From Candidatus Multivoradales bacterium (GTDB lineage: Bacteria > Acidobacteriota > Thermoanaerobaculia > Multivoradales > Multivoraceae), in the NCBI GenBank assembly GCA_965223325.1, contig CBDCWI010000002.1, positions 2,048,001 through 2,112,000 on the forward strand: a DNA stretch of 64,000 nt. The letters run 5' to 3'. Shown in pieces: positions 29,519-39,503 of this stretch. Each line of letters begins with the position of its first letter. Positions within the stretch are counted from its first letter, which is position 1. The notes beneath the pieces are model-generated. The model did not search any database and had not been told where the DNA came from. It saw only the letters and a list, made by a program, of their open reading frames with translations. Position numbers and translations under genes: made by a program.

Positions 29519-29695
29519 GCCGCCCTCGTACAAACCCTACCGGCCGCAGGCGAATCGGCAAGGCAGTGTTCGGCTAACATCGCCTGCACAAGCACACCCT
29601 CGAGGAGGACTGCACGCGCCGCTCGGCGAACCCGCCGCGAGAAGGCTCTCGCGCCGGTGCAGTCCGCGCCCCCTCAAGTCGCAGGAGAGTCCCGC

Positions 29696-30673
29696 ATGTC
29701 CAAGCCTGTACGTGTCGCCGTGACCGGAGCCGCCGGTCAAATCGGCTACTCACTGATCTTCCGTATCGCCGCCGGCGAGATGCTCGGCCTCGATCAACCG
29801 ATCAGCCTTCACCTGCTCGAGATTCCTCCCGCCATGGACGCCCTCGAGGGTGTCGTCATGGAGCTTCGCGACAGCGCCTACCCGCTGCTGCATGAGATCG
29901 TCACCAGCTCCGACGCCGAGGAAGCGTTCGATGGCGTCGACATCGCACTGTTGGTCGGAGCGCGCCCGCGCAGCAAAGGAATGGAGCGCAAAGACCTGCT
30001 CCAGGCCAACGCCAAGATCTTCTCGGCCCAGGGCAAGGCGCTCAACGCCAGGGCGAACAAGGACGTCAAGGTCCTGGTGGTTGGCAATCCCGCCAACACC
30101 AACGCGCTGATCGCCTCGGCCAATGCGCCGAACATCGACCCGCGGCAGTTCACGGCCATGACACGGCTCGACCACAACCGGGCGCTGTCACAGCTGTCAG
30201 AGAAGACCGGCGAGCACACGACCGACATCAAGCGCATGATCATCTGGGGCAACCACTCGGCGACCCAGGTCCCTGACGTCAGCCATTGCCTCGTCAAGGG
30301 CCAGCCAGCACCCGAGCTGGTTAGCGAGGAGTGGCTCAAGGAGAGCTTCATTCCCACGGTGCAGAAGCGCGGCGCAGCGATCATTCAAGCGCGCGGCTCC
30401 TCTTCCGCTGCTTCAGCGGGCGCCGCGGCGATCGATCACATTCGTACCTGGGTCATGGGAACAGAGGACGGCGACTGGGTGAGCATGGCGGTCCAGGCTG
30501 ACGGTTCGTACGGCATCGAAGAGGGCATCATCTACTCCTATCCCGTGGTCTGTAGGAACGGCGACTTCGAGATCGTTCCGGACCTGGAGGTTGCGGGGTG
30601 GCTGAGAGAGCGTCTCGACGCCACCGAAACAGAGCTGCGCGAAGAGCGCGAGGGCGTCGCCGAGCTTCTGTAG
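29696..30673 (+). CDS. mdh: Malate dehydrogenase
   Basis: [44 protein letters not shown]; AGGAG upstream. Confidence 0.98.
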   Translation: MSKPVRVAVTGAAGQIGYSLIFRIAAGEMLGLDQPISLHLLEIPPAMDALEGVVMELRDSAYPLLHEIVTSSDAEEAFDGVDIALLVGARPRSKGMERKDLLQANAKIFSAQGKALNARANKDVKVLVVGNPANTNALIASANAPNIDPRQFTAMTRLDHNRALSQLSEKTGEHTTDIKRMIIWGNHSATQVPDVSHCLVKGQPAPELVSEEWLKESFIPTVQKRGAAIIQARGSSSAASAGAAAIDHIRTWVMGTEDGDWVSMAVQADGSYGIEEGIIYSYPVVCRNGDFEIVPDLEVAGWLRERLDATETELREEREGVAELL

Positions 30674-30737
30674 TTTCATTCAGCGGTGGTTGCTCGCTCT
30701 TGTCGCGCGGCGGTCGTCTAGCTCCCGCGCTTTCCAG

Positions 30738-32588
30738 CTAGTCGAGGTCGCAGCGGAAGGCGACGAGATCAACGACCGGCTCTGCGGCGACGCCGTCGGT
30801 GTTGCTCCAGGTGCGCGATGTTCCCTGGTGGGTATCGGTCACGGTGAGGTCAAAACCTACCGTCGTCGTGGCGGCGAAGAGGACCCAGTAGTGGCTGTTG
30901 ATCGCACAGCCGTTGAGAACCTTGACGAGGATCTCGGGGTTGCCGCGGCCGAAGAACCAGAACAGGCCACCACGGCCGACGCCCAGGCTTTCGAGTGAGA
31001 TTGCCTGCGCGGTGCCGGTCGGTGGCGTGGCCGTAGCGCTCGAGTACGACGAGTTGATGGCGAAGCGAGCGTCGCCGGCCTGGTCGTCGATGCATAGCTG
31101 CGTTTCGGAAGCGTCACACCCTTCGGTGAGACCTGGCGCGAGGAACGGAGCCAGCGCTTCGTAGCTGGCCGAAAACGCGCCGTCGACTTCGGTATTGCCG
31201 AAATTGCAGCCATCGATGGGATCGGGACCGCAGGCTCCGGTCAACTGCCCGATGACCAGACCGTTTCCCAGCATCAGCGGCGATCCGGAAGATCCCCCGA
31301 ACGAGGCACCCATGATGTTCTTGCTGTGGATGAAGTGACTGCGTGGCGACTCGGGGCAGGTTGCCACGCTGGTATCGACCCGATAGCTGGCGTAACTCTG
31401 CGGCAGGATGACGCCGGGCGCCGGGTGCGAAAGGCGATGCACGATCTCCCCGTCGACCGCGGGCGTCGCGTCCCAGCCGAGGAAGAAGCGGCCCGAGGGC
31501 ACAGACTGTAGGCGCACCAGGGTAACGTCGGAAGAGGCTTCACTTGCCAAGAGCGTCGCGCCGTTGCTGCGCGGGAGCTGGTCGAAGTCGAGGGCGTCAC
31601 CGGCGTTGCAACTCGAGTTGCGGTAGTCCCAGAAGACCTCGAGGGCCGAGGCGCTGCTCTGATCCGAGAAACAGTGGTTGGCGGTCAAGAGGAAGGGTGT
31701 CTCCGACGCGGTGGCGTCGTTGAGCAGGCTGCCGGTGCACACGAAACCATCGAACTGCAGCTGGGCGACGGCGGCCCGCACCTCTTCGACCGGTGCAAAG
31801 TTGTCACCTACTTCACACGCGCCGTCGATCAGACACTCGGTTCCGGCCTGAGTCGTCGAGTCGAGCCATTCGGCCGGTTCAAGCAGCTCGAGAACCTGGC
31901 GGATCGCAACCGAATGCCCCGGACCCACACTCGCTTCAGGAAACTGCACTTCAAGCTCGATGAACGGCCCGCCCACACTCGGCGTCCACAATGTGCCGTC
32001 TGGTCCGCTGAGCTCGAGACCGAAGGGACCGACAACAGTGTTCTCCCCTCGTACCCACATCTGCGTGCCTGCGGGCAGCGACACGTCTTCGAGCAACAGA
32101 CGGAGGCGATAGGCGTCAGAAACTTCGACGCGAGTCGCCAGCACCCTCGCACCTCCCAGGCTCCTGACCTCGAACGATGCGGCTGCATTCGCACGACCGG
32201 CGCTACCGTTGCGCCAGGCAACTTCGCGCGCGAGCACCCGCACGAGGCCGTTGCGAGTGGGCAGGCGACCGGAACGATTCCAGGTTCGCAGTTGGGAGAG
32301 CTCATCGACCGCGCCCGCGGCGGCGGAGGTCAAGCGGTCGGCGGCTTCGAGGCGCTCGGCGAGGAGCACCCTTGGCGGCACTTGAATCGCGGCAACCTGG
32401 CTGGTCGCGCCCATGGCATGGCCAGGGACACGACGCACGTGGCGGGTCTCACGGTTCTCTTGGTTCGACTGCGCCCGGAGCTCGTGGGAGGTAGCGAAGA
32501 AGAAGACGGCCAGAGCAGTCGCCGCCGCTGCGGGAAACGCGATCAAACGGCGGCCGCACAGCTCCAGTTCTTTGACTCTCTCTTTCAC
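30738..32588 (-). CDS. Secreted trypsin-like (lysyl endopeptidase-type) serine protease with C-terminal Cys-containing domain
   Basis: CTGSL, LTANHC, DVTL, GGSSGSPL triad motifs; signal peptide; C-terminal LFWFF...NPEILVKVLNGC...YWVL. Confidence 0.9.
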   Translation of the reverse strand: MKERVKELELCGRRLIAFPAAAATALAVFFFATSHELRAQSNQENRETRHVRRVPGHAMGATSQVAAIQVPPRVLLAERLEAADRLTSAAAGAVDELSQLRTWNRSGRLPTRNGLVRVLAREVAWRNGSAGRANAAASFEVRSLGGARVLATRVEVSDAYRLRLLLEDVSLPAGTQMWVRGENTVVGPFGLELSGPDGTLWTPSVGGPFIELEVQFPEASVGPGHSVAIRQVLELLEPAEWLDSTTQAGTECLIDGACEVGDNFAPVEEVRAAVAQLQFDGFVCTGSLLNDATASETPFLLTANHCFSDQSSASALEVFWDYRNSSCNAGDALDFDQLPRSNGATLLASEASSDVTLVRLQSVPSGRFFLGWDATPAVDGEIVHRLSHPAPGVILPQSYASYRVDTSVATCPESPRSHFIHSKNIMGASFGGSSGSPLMLGNGLVIGQLTGACGPDPIDGCNFGNTEVDGAFSASYEALAPFLAPGLTEGCDASETQLCIDDQAGDARFAINSSYSSATATPPTGTAQAISLESLGVGRGGLFWFFGRGNPEILVKVLNGCAINSHYWVLFAATTTVGFDLTVTDTHQGTSRTWSNTDGVAAEPVVDLVAFRCDLD

Positions 32589-32594
32589 TCAAGG

Positions 32595-32660
32595 CCTCCC
32601 ATTACAGGCTTCCATCACGGCGAGTTCCATCACAGGGCTTCCATCACTGGGCTTCCATCG
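32595..32660. repeat. Short direct repeats TTCCATCAC (about 14-bp period) upstream of the protease gene
   Basis: TTCCATC occurs four times plus one degenerate copy; reads GATGGAA on the protease coding strand. Confidence 0.75.
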
Positions 32661-32859
32661 ACCGAACGGCCGGGGGCGCGCGTTTGCTCCCGGCGGCCAA
32701 GCATAGTCGCCCCAAGGGTCGGTCACGTCACACGACCGACACAAACTGCCGTCGTTTGGCCCGCGCTTTTCCTCAGGAGCGCCCTTCTGGCTTGTTCTCA
32801 TGACCTTTCCAGCCGCCGAGCATCTCGGCCCGGTGCGCTTCACTCCAAAGGTCCCGAAC

Positions 32860-34293
32860 ATGCAAGACGCACAGCCGCCAGAGCCACCCCCTACTCGCGA
32901 GAGCCATCCCAGGATTCCGGAACGCGCCTGGAAGGCCAGTCACTCGAGCGCCCTCAAGGTGGTGGTGCTCGGCGCGACTGCCGTCGTGCTCGCCCTTCCC
33001 CTCGCCATGGTCTCCTCCCTGGTCGCCGAGCGCGAGGGTCGACGCTCGAGCGTCGAACATGAGATCTCGACCGGCTGGGGCTCCGCCCAGCGCCTGACCG
33101 GCCCTACCCTTCAGGCGGTCTACGTTTGCGCAGAAGAGAAGTGCAAAGTGGCGCGCCGGCAGGTGGAGCTGCTGCCCGAGCGCGCTGTGTGGCAGGGAGT
33201 GCTCGAGCCCGAGCTGCGCAGCCGCGGCCTGTTCGAGACGGTCGTCTGGCAGGCTGACCTCGGCCTCGAAGCCGAGCTCGCCCTCCCCGCCCCGTTCTTG
33301 GTCCGTGGATCGGACAACTATCGGCTGGCTCGAGTCGACGTACTCATCGGAGTCTCCGACCTGATCGGCGTTCAGGACGGAACCAACCTGGCGGCGAGCC
33401 GGGGCGACGACGCGCCCATCGAACTGGCACTCGAACCGTCGGGCGGGCGCCCCTTCGACGGTACGTCTCTACGCGCCAGGCTACCCGCGGCTCTGTGGGC
33501 CTCGAGACCAGAGAACGACGCGGTCGTTGCCGCCAGCGAAAACCCGCTTAGTCTCCATTTGCAGCTCGAGTTGCGCGGCACCCGCTCGTTGCGCCTCGCG
33601 CCGGTCGCGCTCGAGACCCGCATCGACCTCGCATCGAGCTGGCCCTCGCCATCGTTCCAGGGAGCGTAGTTGCCAACCGAGCGCGAAGTCACCACCGAGG
33701 GCTTCACCGCCCAATGGCGCCTGGCGGGCTTCGCTCAGAACCTGCCCCGTCGACTCGAGAACGACAATGTGAACCTGGGGCATCACTTGCCCGCCCTCGG
33801 AGTCGATCTCGTCGAACCGGTCGACGGTTACCGTCTAACCCGACGCGCGACCCACTACGGAATGCTCTTCGTCTTGCTGACCTTCGGTGTCTTCTTCTTG
33901 CTCGAGATCCTGAGCCCTGTCCGCCTACACCCGATTCAATACCTCTTGATCGGCTGCGCTCTGTCGCTCTTCTACCTCTTGCTGCTCGCACTCTCCGAGC
34001 ACCTGGGCTTCACGGCCGCCTACGCGGTTGCAACGTTCGCCATCGTTGGACTGATCTCGTTCTATTCGCGCGCGGTCCTGGCCAGTCGAGCGCTAGCGAC
34101 GGCAGTCTTCTTCTGGCTCAGCGTTCTGTTCGGCTACCTCTATGTGCTGCTCGAACTCGAAGATGCCGCTCTCTTGATGGGCTCTTTGGGACTGTTCGTC
34201 GTGCTCGCAGCGGTGATGTTGATCACGCGCAAACTCGACTGGTACAGCCTGACCTGGAGCGGCGGTCAAGGCGAGACACGCCCGAGTACCTGA
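32860..34293 (+). pseudogene. creD: Inner membrane protein CreD interrupted by an in-frame TAG at 33667-33669
   Basis: Two abutting same-frame ORFs: ...WPSPSFQGA*LPTEREVT..GFTAQW...GVDLVEPVDGYR..RATHYG...LHPIQYLLIG...LSEH...TRKLDWY. Confidence 0.88.
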
Positions 34294-34430
34294 CCGACCC
34301 ACAACGAAGTTCGCCTCACTCACGCAAGGTGCGGAGTGAGGCGAAAGTCGCGACCCGTTCCCTTGGGCATGGGCGGAGGTCTTTGGGCAAACAAACTGAG
34401 GAGACGGGCCGAGCCTCCCTGGCGGCCGCT

Positions 34431-35168
34431 CTACATGGCGCCGCTACTCATCGTAGGTTCCTCGGTCCGTCCCGAACGCCGGTAGGTGCCAGGGGTGACC
34501 CCCACCAGCGACTTGAAGGTCCGGTTGAACTGACTGTGACTCTTGAAACCAACCGAGCGCGCGATGGTGCCGATGGGTTGGGCGCTCTCTTCGAGCAGCC
34601 GCTTGGCACGATCGATGCGCGTTTCGAGAACGAAGCGGTAGGGCGACGTACCCGTTTCTTCCTTGAAGCGACGGCTGAAATGAAACTTGCTCATTCCCGC
34701 GCGATCGGCCATGTCGTCGAGCGTGACGTCGCTCGAGTAGTTGCGACGCACGTAGCGGCGAACCCGCTCGAGCACGTCGTCTGGATCTCCCGCGTCGTCA
34801 CCGTTGATCGGGCGCTGACTGGCGACACCCGAAAGGGCTGCATCGATCGCGGCCTCTATGTCGGCGGTTTCGTAGGTCGATGCGATGGCAATACCGCGCG
34901 GCGCTGGCTGACCTCTGAGAGGCTCGGCCAGAGATTCATGCGGAGCCTTACAGAGCACGGCGGGGACACCCCGCTCGCGCAAGAAGCGGTTTCCAAGTTC
35001 GAATCCAGCCCGGCCGGCAGAACCAACAACCACCAGGTCTGGAACCCAGTCACCGGTTCCTTCGCCCTCGACGGGCCGAGGAGAAAGTCTGATGTCGTGC
35101 CCCAGGCGTTCGAGAGTCGCAACGACCGGGGGTGCGGCCGAAGCGCTCGCTAGCAGCAATATCCTCAT
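34431..35168 (-). CDS. AraC family transcriptional regulator
   Basis: C-terminal double HTH (MSKFHFSRRFK, VGFKSHSQFNRTFK..VGVTP); short receiver-like N-terminus. Confidence 0.92.
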   Translation of the reverse strand: MRILLLASASAAPPVVATLERLGHDIRLSPRPVEGEGTGDWVPDLVVVGSAGRAGFELGNRFLRERGVPAVLCKAPHESLAEPLRGQPAPRGIAIASTYETADIEAAIDAALSGVASQRPINGDDAGDPDDVLERVRRYVRRNYSSDVTLDDMADRAGMSKFHFSRRFKEETGTSPYRFVLETRIDRAKRLLEESAQPIGTIARSVGFKSHSQFNRTFKSLVGVTPGTYRRSGRTEEPTMSSGAM

Positions 35169-35298
35169 GCAACCAGAGACCAGAGCGCTAGCCGAAAGTC
35201 ACATCCCGGCGCTCTCTGAGCGGCCGAAAAGTGGCGCTGGGCCCCTAAGTTCCGGCAATCAAACGGGTTCCGCCGGAAGGCAGCTCGCCGTTCCTTCT

Positions 35299-37572
35299 TC
35301 AGGCCAGGCCCTCTCGAGACAGGGGAAGATCGCGATAGCGCTTGCCGGTGGCGCGATAGAGCGCGTTGAGGAGCGCCGGCGCCACACAGGGCACACCCGG
35401 CTCGCCCACCCCTGACGGTGGGTGATCACTGTCGACAAGTTCGATGTTGACCTTCGGCATCTGGTCGATGCGCAGGACTGGGTAGTTGTGGAAGTTCGAC
35501 TGCACGACCGCCCCATCGCGAGCTGTGATCTCGCCGTAGAGCGCCATCGACAGACCGAAGGCGACGCTACCTTCGATTTGTGCCCGCACAGTGTCTGGGT
35601 TGACCACCGTGCCACAGTCGCAGACCACATCGACCTCGTGAACCTGCACCTTGCCGGCCTCGTCGAGCGACGCTTTCATCGCCATCGCGAAGTAGGCCAG
35701 GAAGCTGAAGTGTGATGCGAACCCCTGGCCGACTCCGTCGGGTAGGTCCTGCCCCCACTTCGACAAGTCACGGGAACGTTCGATGACCGTCGACAACCTC
35801 CCGGTCTGTAACCCGTAGGGCTTGTCGCGGCCACTGAAGTCGAGCTTGCGCGGCTCGCCGAGCGCCTCGAGGCGCCACTCGATCGGGTCTTTGCCGGCCG
35901 CCTCAGCGACCTCGTCGACGAAGCAATTCACGCCCACCGCGTGGTAGGTGTTGCACACCGAACGGAGCCAGCCGATCCGGAGATCAGACGCCAGGCCCGA
36001 GGACTGGAGCTTTACGTTGGGAATGCGATACGGCATGTTGGTCATTCCCATGCCAAGCTCGAAATCGGAGGGCTCAGACGCGCCCGCCATGAAGGTCGAG
36101 ATGATGGTTGGAAATGCACTGTGGTGATACCAGCCGGTCACCTTGCCCTCGGCGTCGAGGGTCGCTTCCAGGTGCTGCGCGCTCTGCGCCCGATAGAAAC
36201 CGTGGCGCACTTCGTCTTCGCGGGTCCAGGTGGACTTGATCGGCACACCCGGCATGGTACGAGCGAGCATTGCCGCCTCGAGGATGAAGTCGGGCATGGA
36301 CTTGCGGCCGAAGCCGCCGCCGAGCATGGTGACGTTGACGGTGACATTGGCCTCTTCGACCTCGGCCACCGCCGCCAGGCGCTGGCGCACGGTCTGCGGA
36401 TCCTGGCAAGGCGCCCAGACCTCGAGCCGGCCGTCCTCGTACAGAGCCGTGGCCGCCAGTGGCTCCATCGGAGCGTGGACGAGATAGGGGGCGCGATAGT
36501 GAGCCGCGAGCGTCTTGGCGGCCGAAGACTGCGCCGCTCCCCAGTCGCCTTCTTCGCGAAACGTCTTGCCGTCGCCCATCACCAGCGCGTCGAGCTTCTC
36601 CTGATAGGCGCCGCTCTCTTCCGTCGCGCCACCACGATCCCACTCGATCTCGAGCGCCTCACGCGCTTTCTTGGCGGTGAAGGTCGAATCGGCAATGACC
36701 GCGACCGCCGCGTTGGTGTTGAACGGCTGGGGGCGTGCGTCGAGTTTGACGATTTTCGAAACCCCCGGAATCGCCTCCGCGGCGGCCGAGTCGAGCGCAG
36801 CAATCTTGCCTTTGGTCGTCGGGCAGCGCTCGATCGAGGCGTGCAACATGCCGGGAAGGGCAGTGTCGATGCCGTACTTCGTTTGACCAGTGGTCATCTG
36901 GGCGACGTCGACGGCTACCGTGGGTTTGCCAATCAGTTTCCACTCGGAGGGTGACTTGAGCTTGGGGTTCTCGGGCACCGGGAGATCGGCCGCTGCCGCG
37001 GCCACCTCACCGTAGGACACCGAGCGACCCGAGCCCTTGTGATGAACGCGACCGGCCTCTGCATGGCACTCGGCGACCGGAACCGCGAGCTTGGCTGCGC
37101 CGGCGGCCACCAACATCTCGCGCGCTGCAGCGCCCGCCTTGCGCAGCGGCTCCCAGTTGTTGCGAACCGAGGTTGAGCCGTCGGTGTTCTGGTCGCCGTA
37201 CTTCTTGTCGCCGACAGCCTGTTCGAGCGACACCGCGTCGAGGTCGACCTCGAGCTCCTCGGCGAGCAGCATCGACATCGAGGTGCGCACACCTTGCCCC
37301 ATCTCCGAGCGATGGACAACCAGTCGAACGACCCCGTCTTCCCCCACCTGCACGTAGACGTTGGGAGCGAAAGCGGCGGGCACCGCGTCGCCAGTGGTCT
37401 TGGCAAGAGCGGTGCTCGGGCGCATGGCCAGGGCTTCGGGCCGCACACCGAGCGCCAGGCCGACCGCGCCGGCAGCACCGGCAGCACCGGCAGCACCGGC
37501 AGCCTTGATGACACTCCTGCGAGAAAGACTGAGGCGAGACTCACTGTTCTGGGCGGGATTGCTGGTGCTCAT
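35299..37572 (-). CDS. Tat-exported molybdopterin oxidoreductase large subunit (IorB-like)
   Basis: SRRSVIK Tat motif, [31 protein letters not shown]. Confidence 0.93.
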   Translation of the reverse strand: MSTSNPAQNSESRLSLSRRSVIKAAGAAGAAGAAGAVGLALGVRPEALAMRPSTALAKTTGDAVPAAFAPNVYVQVGEDGVVRLVVHRSEMGQGVRTSMSMLLAEELEVDLDAVSLEQAVGDKKYGDQNTDGSTSVRNNWEPLRKAGAAAREMLVAAGAAKLAVPVAECHAEAGRVHHKGSGRSVSYGEVAAAAADLPVPENPKLKSPSEWKLIGKPTVAVDVAQMTTGQTKYGIDTALPGMLHASIERCPTTKGKIAALDSAAAEAIPGVSKIVKLDARPQPFNTNAAVAVIADSTFTAKKAREALEIEWDRGGATEESGAYQEKLDALVMGDGKTFREEGDWGAAQSSAAKTLAAHYRAPYLVHAPMEPLAATALYEDGRLEVWAPCQDPQTVRQRLAAVAEVEEANVTVNVTMLGGGFGRKSMPDFILEAAMLARTMPGVPIKSTWTREDEVRHGFYRAQSAQHLEATLDAEGKVTGWYHHSAFPTIISTFMAGASEPSDFELGMGMTNMPYRIPNVKLQSSGLASDLRIGWLRSVCNTYHAVGVNCFVDEVAEAAGKDPIEWRLEALGEPRKLDFSGRDKPYGLQTGRLSTVIERSRDLSKWGQDLPDGVGQGFASHFSFLAYFAMAMKASLDEAGKVQVHEVDVVCDCGTVVNPDTVRAQIEGSVAFGLSMALYGEITARDGAVVQSNFHNYPVLRIDQMPKVNIELVDSDHPPSGVGEPGVPCVAPALLNALYRATGKRYRDLPLSREGLA

Positions 37573-38039
37573 GCCTTATCTCCCTTGATCGCCGCGGCCG
37601 CCTCATGGACGGCAGAGCGAATCCGGCCGTAGGTTCCACAGCGGCAGATGTTGACGCGCATCGCTTGGTCGATGTCAGCGTCGCTGGGGCTCGAGTTCTT
37701 CGCCAGGAGCGCCGTGGCACTCATGATCTGACCTGACTGACAGTAGCCGCACTGCGGCACGTTGATCTCCTGCCAGGCGACCTGCACCGGGTGGCTCCCG
37801 TCGTCGGAAATGCCTTCGATCGTCGTGACCTTCTTGCCGTCGACGCGCGAGATCGGTGTCACGCACGATCGCTTGGCCTCGCCATCGATATGGACCGTGC
37901 ATGCGCCGCAGCGATTCATGCCGCAGCCGAACTTGGTCCCGGTCAGGCCCAGCGTGTCGCGAAGAGCCCACAGGAGTGGAGTGTCAGGGTCGATGTCGAG
38001 CGACTTCTCGACTCCGTTGACGGTCAGAGTAATAGCCAT
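37569..38039 (-). CDS. 2Fe-2S small subunit (IorA-like)
   Basis: GTKFGCG...[22 protein letters not shown]; AGGAG upstream. Confidence 0.95.
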   Translation of the reverse strand: MAITLTVNGVEKSLDIDPDTPLLWALRDTLGLTGTKFGCGMNRCGACTVHIDGEAKRSCVTPISRVDGKKVTTIEGISDDGSHPVQVAWQEINVPQCGYCQSGQIMSATALLAKNSSPSDADIDQAMRVNICRCGTYGRIRSAVHEAAAAIKGDKA

Positions 38040-38065
38040 GGCGCATCTCCTTGCAGCATCAACTT

Positions 38066-39391
38066 CTAGGGCCGGGGCGGAGTATCGGCACCATAGCACT
38101 CGGGTCGCTCTCCCCCCACCCGGCCGCGAGTGGCACAGAGCGGAACGACCAGCAGGAACAGGATGATGCGCTGGATCTCGGTGTCGCGCCAGTTGGCCTC
38201 GAAGACCCCGGCGACGTTGAGGGCAACGATTCCGAAAAGGGTGGCCATATAAAGGTCTCCGCGAGGGCCGTGGACTCCACCGTCACGCCGCAAGCCTCGC
38301 CACGCCAGGCGCAGCCCCGCCAGCATCAAGCAGAGATAGGCCGCCACCGACACCAGGCCGCGCTCGGCCGCCATGTGCACGATGGTGTTGTGCAAGTGAA
38401 CGACGTGCCAGCGCGGAGCGCCCGGCTCGCGATAGATCGGATAGCGCACCTTGACCACCCCGGGGCCAACGCCGAACAAGGGCCGCTCCGCCACCATCAA
38501 GGCCCCCGCCCGCGCCATACAGAGACGGTCGAAGTTGGAGGTGTTCTCGAGGTCGGTGATCGAGCGAAAGCGCTCCCAGTGTTGAGGTGCGAACTGGGCA
38601 ACCGCTCCGGCAATCAGAAGCGCCGACACCAGCCACACCGGCAGCCAGCGCGGCATCGCGACCATCACGCCGAGAGTGATCACCACCAGCGCGGCGATCC
38701 AGGCACTACGCGTCAAGGTCACCCCAAGAGCCATCAGCAGAAGACCCCCGACCAACCAGATCGCCCACCGAGGAACCGGCCCCACGCCAGCCCGACTGTC
38801 AGCCCGCCAGGATCGGTTGACAACCCTCGCCAGCCAGATGCACAGCCCCAGCAGCAAGACACCGCTGAAGGTCATGTAGTGCGAGAAGGGGCCCGGCGGG
38901 CGACGATGCAGGTCTTCGTAACCGAGCCAGTACGTCTGCGCCAGGCCATAGGCCGCGAGGGCGCCCACGAGCAGCAATAGGAGAGTCAGAACCAGACGAG
39001 TCTGCTCTTCACCGCGCACCAGGAAAAGCGCCAGGGGAATCGTCGCTAGCGCGAGAATGTCGCGCCCATGCACGAAGCTGAGCGCTGGCTCGTGAGAGAA
39101 CAGCGCCGCCACCAGGAACGCGATGGCGTAGACGGCCAGAGGCAAAAGGAGCCACGCCGTGCCGCCTGCGCCTCGCGTCACGATCGAGCGCGGCAGATTC
39201 CGCCGGCGTGCAACCACCCATATCGCCGCCAGGGCCATGAACGCGTTCGACAGCGCCAGCCCGAAAACCGTCAGCAGGTGGAGGGTGAACAACCACCACC
39301 CCGTCCCGCGCTCGGTTCGGGCACCTGCTTCGGCGTCGACCGACGACGTGCCCTCGAGCCCCTTGTCAGTTGATGGGTCGTATGGCGTCAT
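38066..39391 (-). CDS. O-antigen ligase (Wzy_C) family protein
   Basis: Multi-TM, TLTRSAW, PLFGVG, HLHN...AERGLV. Confidence 0.88.
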   Translation of the reverse strand: MTPYDPSTDKGLEGTSSVDAEAGARTERGTGWWLFTLHLLTVFGLALSNAFMALAAIWVVARRRNLPRSIVTRGAGGTAWLLLPLAVYAIAFLVAALFSHEPALSFVHGRDILALATIPLALFLVRGEEQTRLVLTLLLLLVGALAAYGLAQTYWLGYEDLHRRPPGPFSHYMTFSGVLLLGLCIWLARVVNRSWRADSRAGVGPVPRWAIWLVGGLLLMALGVTLTRSAWIAALVVITLGVMVAMPRWLPVWLVSALLIAGAVAQFAPQHWERFRSITDLENTSNFDRLCMARAGALMVAERPLFGVGPGVVKVRYPIYREPGAPRWHVVHLHNTIVHMAAERGLVSVAAYLCLMLAGLRLAWRGLRRDGGVHGPRGDLYMATLFGIVALNVAGVFEANWRDTEIQRIILFLLVVPLCATRGRVGGERPECYGADTPPRP

Positions 39392-39503
39392 GCGTCATCG
39401 AGGTGCGGCGGAGTTGAGGGCAGCATCGGCTTTAGCGAGTATCCTGCGCGCTGGACGTCGGTGGATTTCGCAGCACCAGCGAGCGACGGCCTGAACCTAA
39501 CCC

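Noticed and set aside
31674-33062. Long antisense ORFs (also 33714-35153, 48419-49804, 52357-53682, 61385-62629)
   Set aside because: They overlap well-supported genes in other frames; typical high-GC shadow ORFs.
33667-33669. Pyrrolysine or genetic-code reassignment of TAG
   Set aside because: Many genes here end normally in TAG (e.g. mdh, the transposase) and no pyl genes are in the window.
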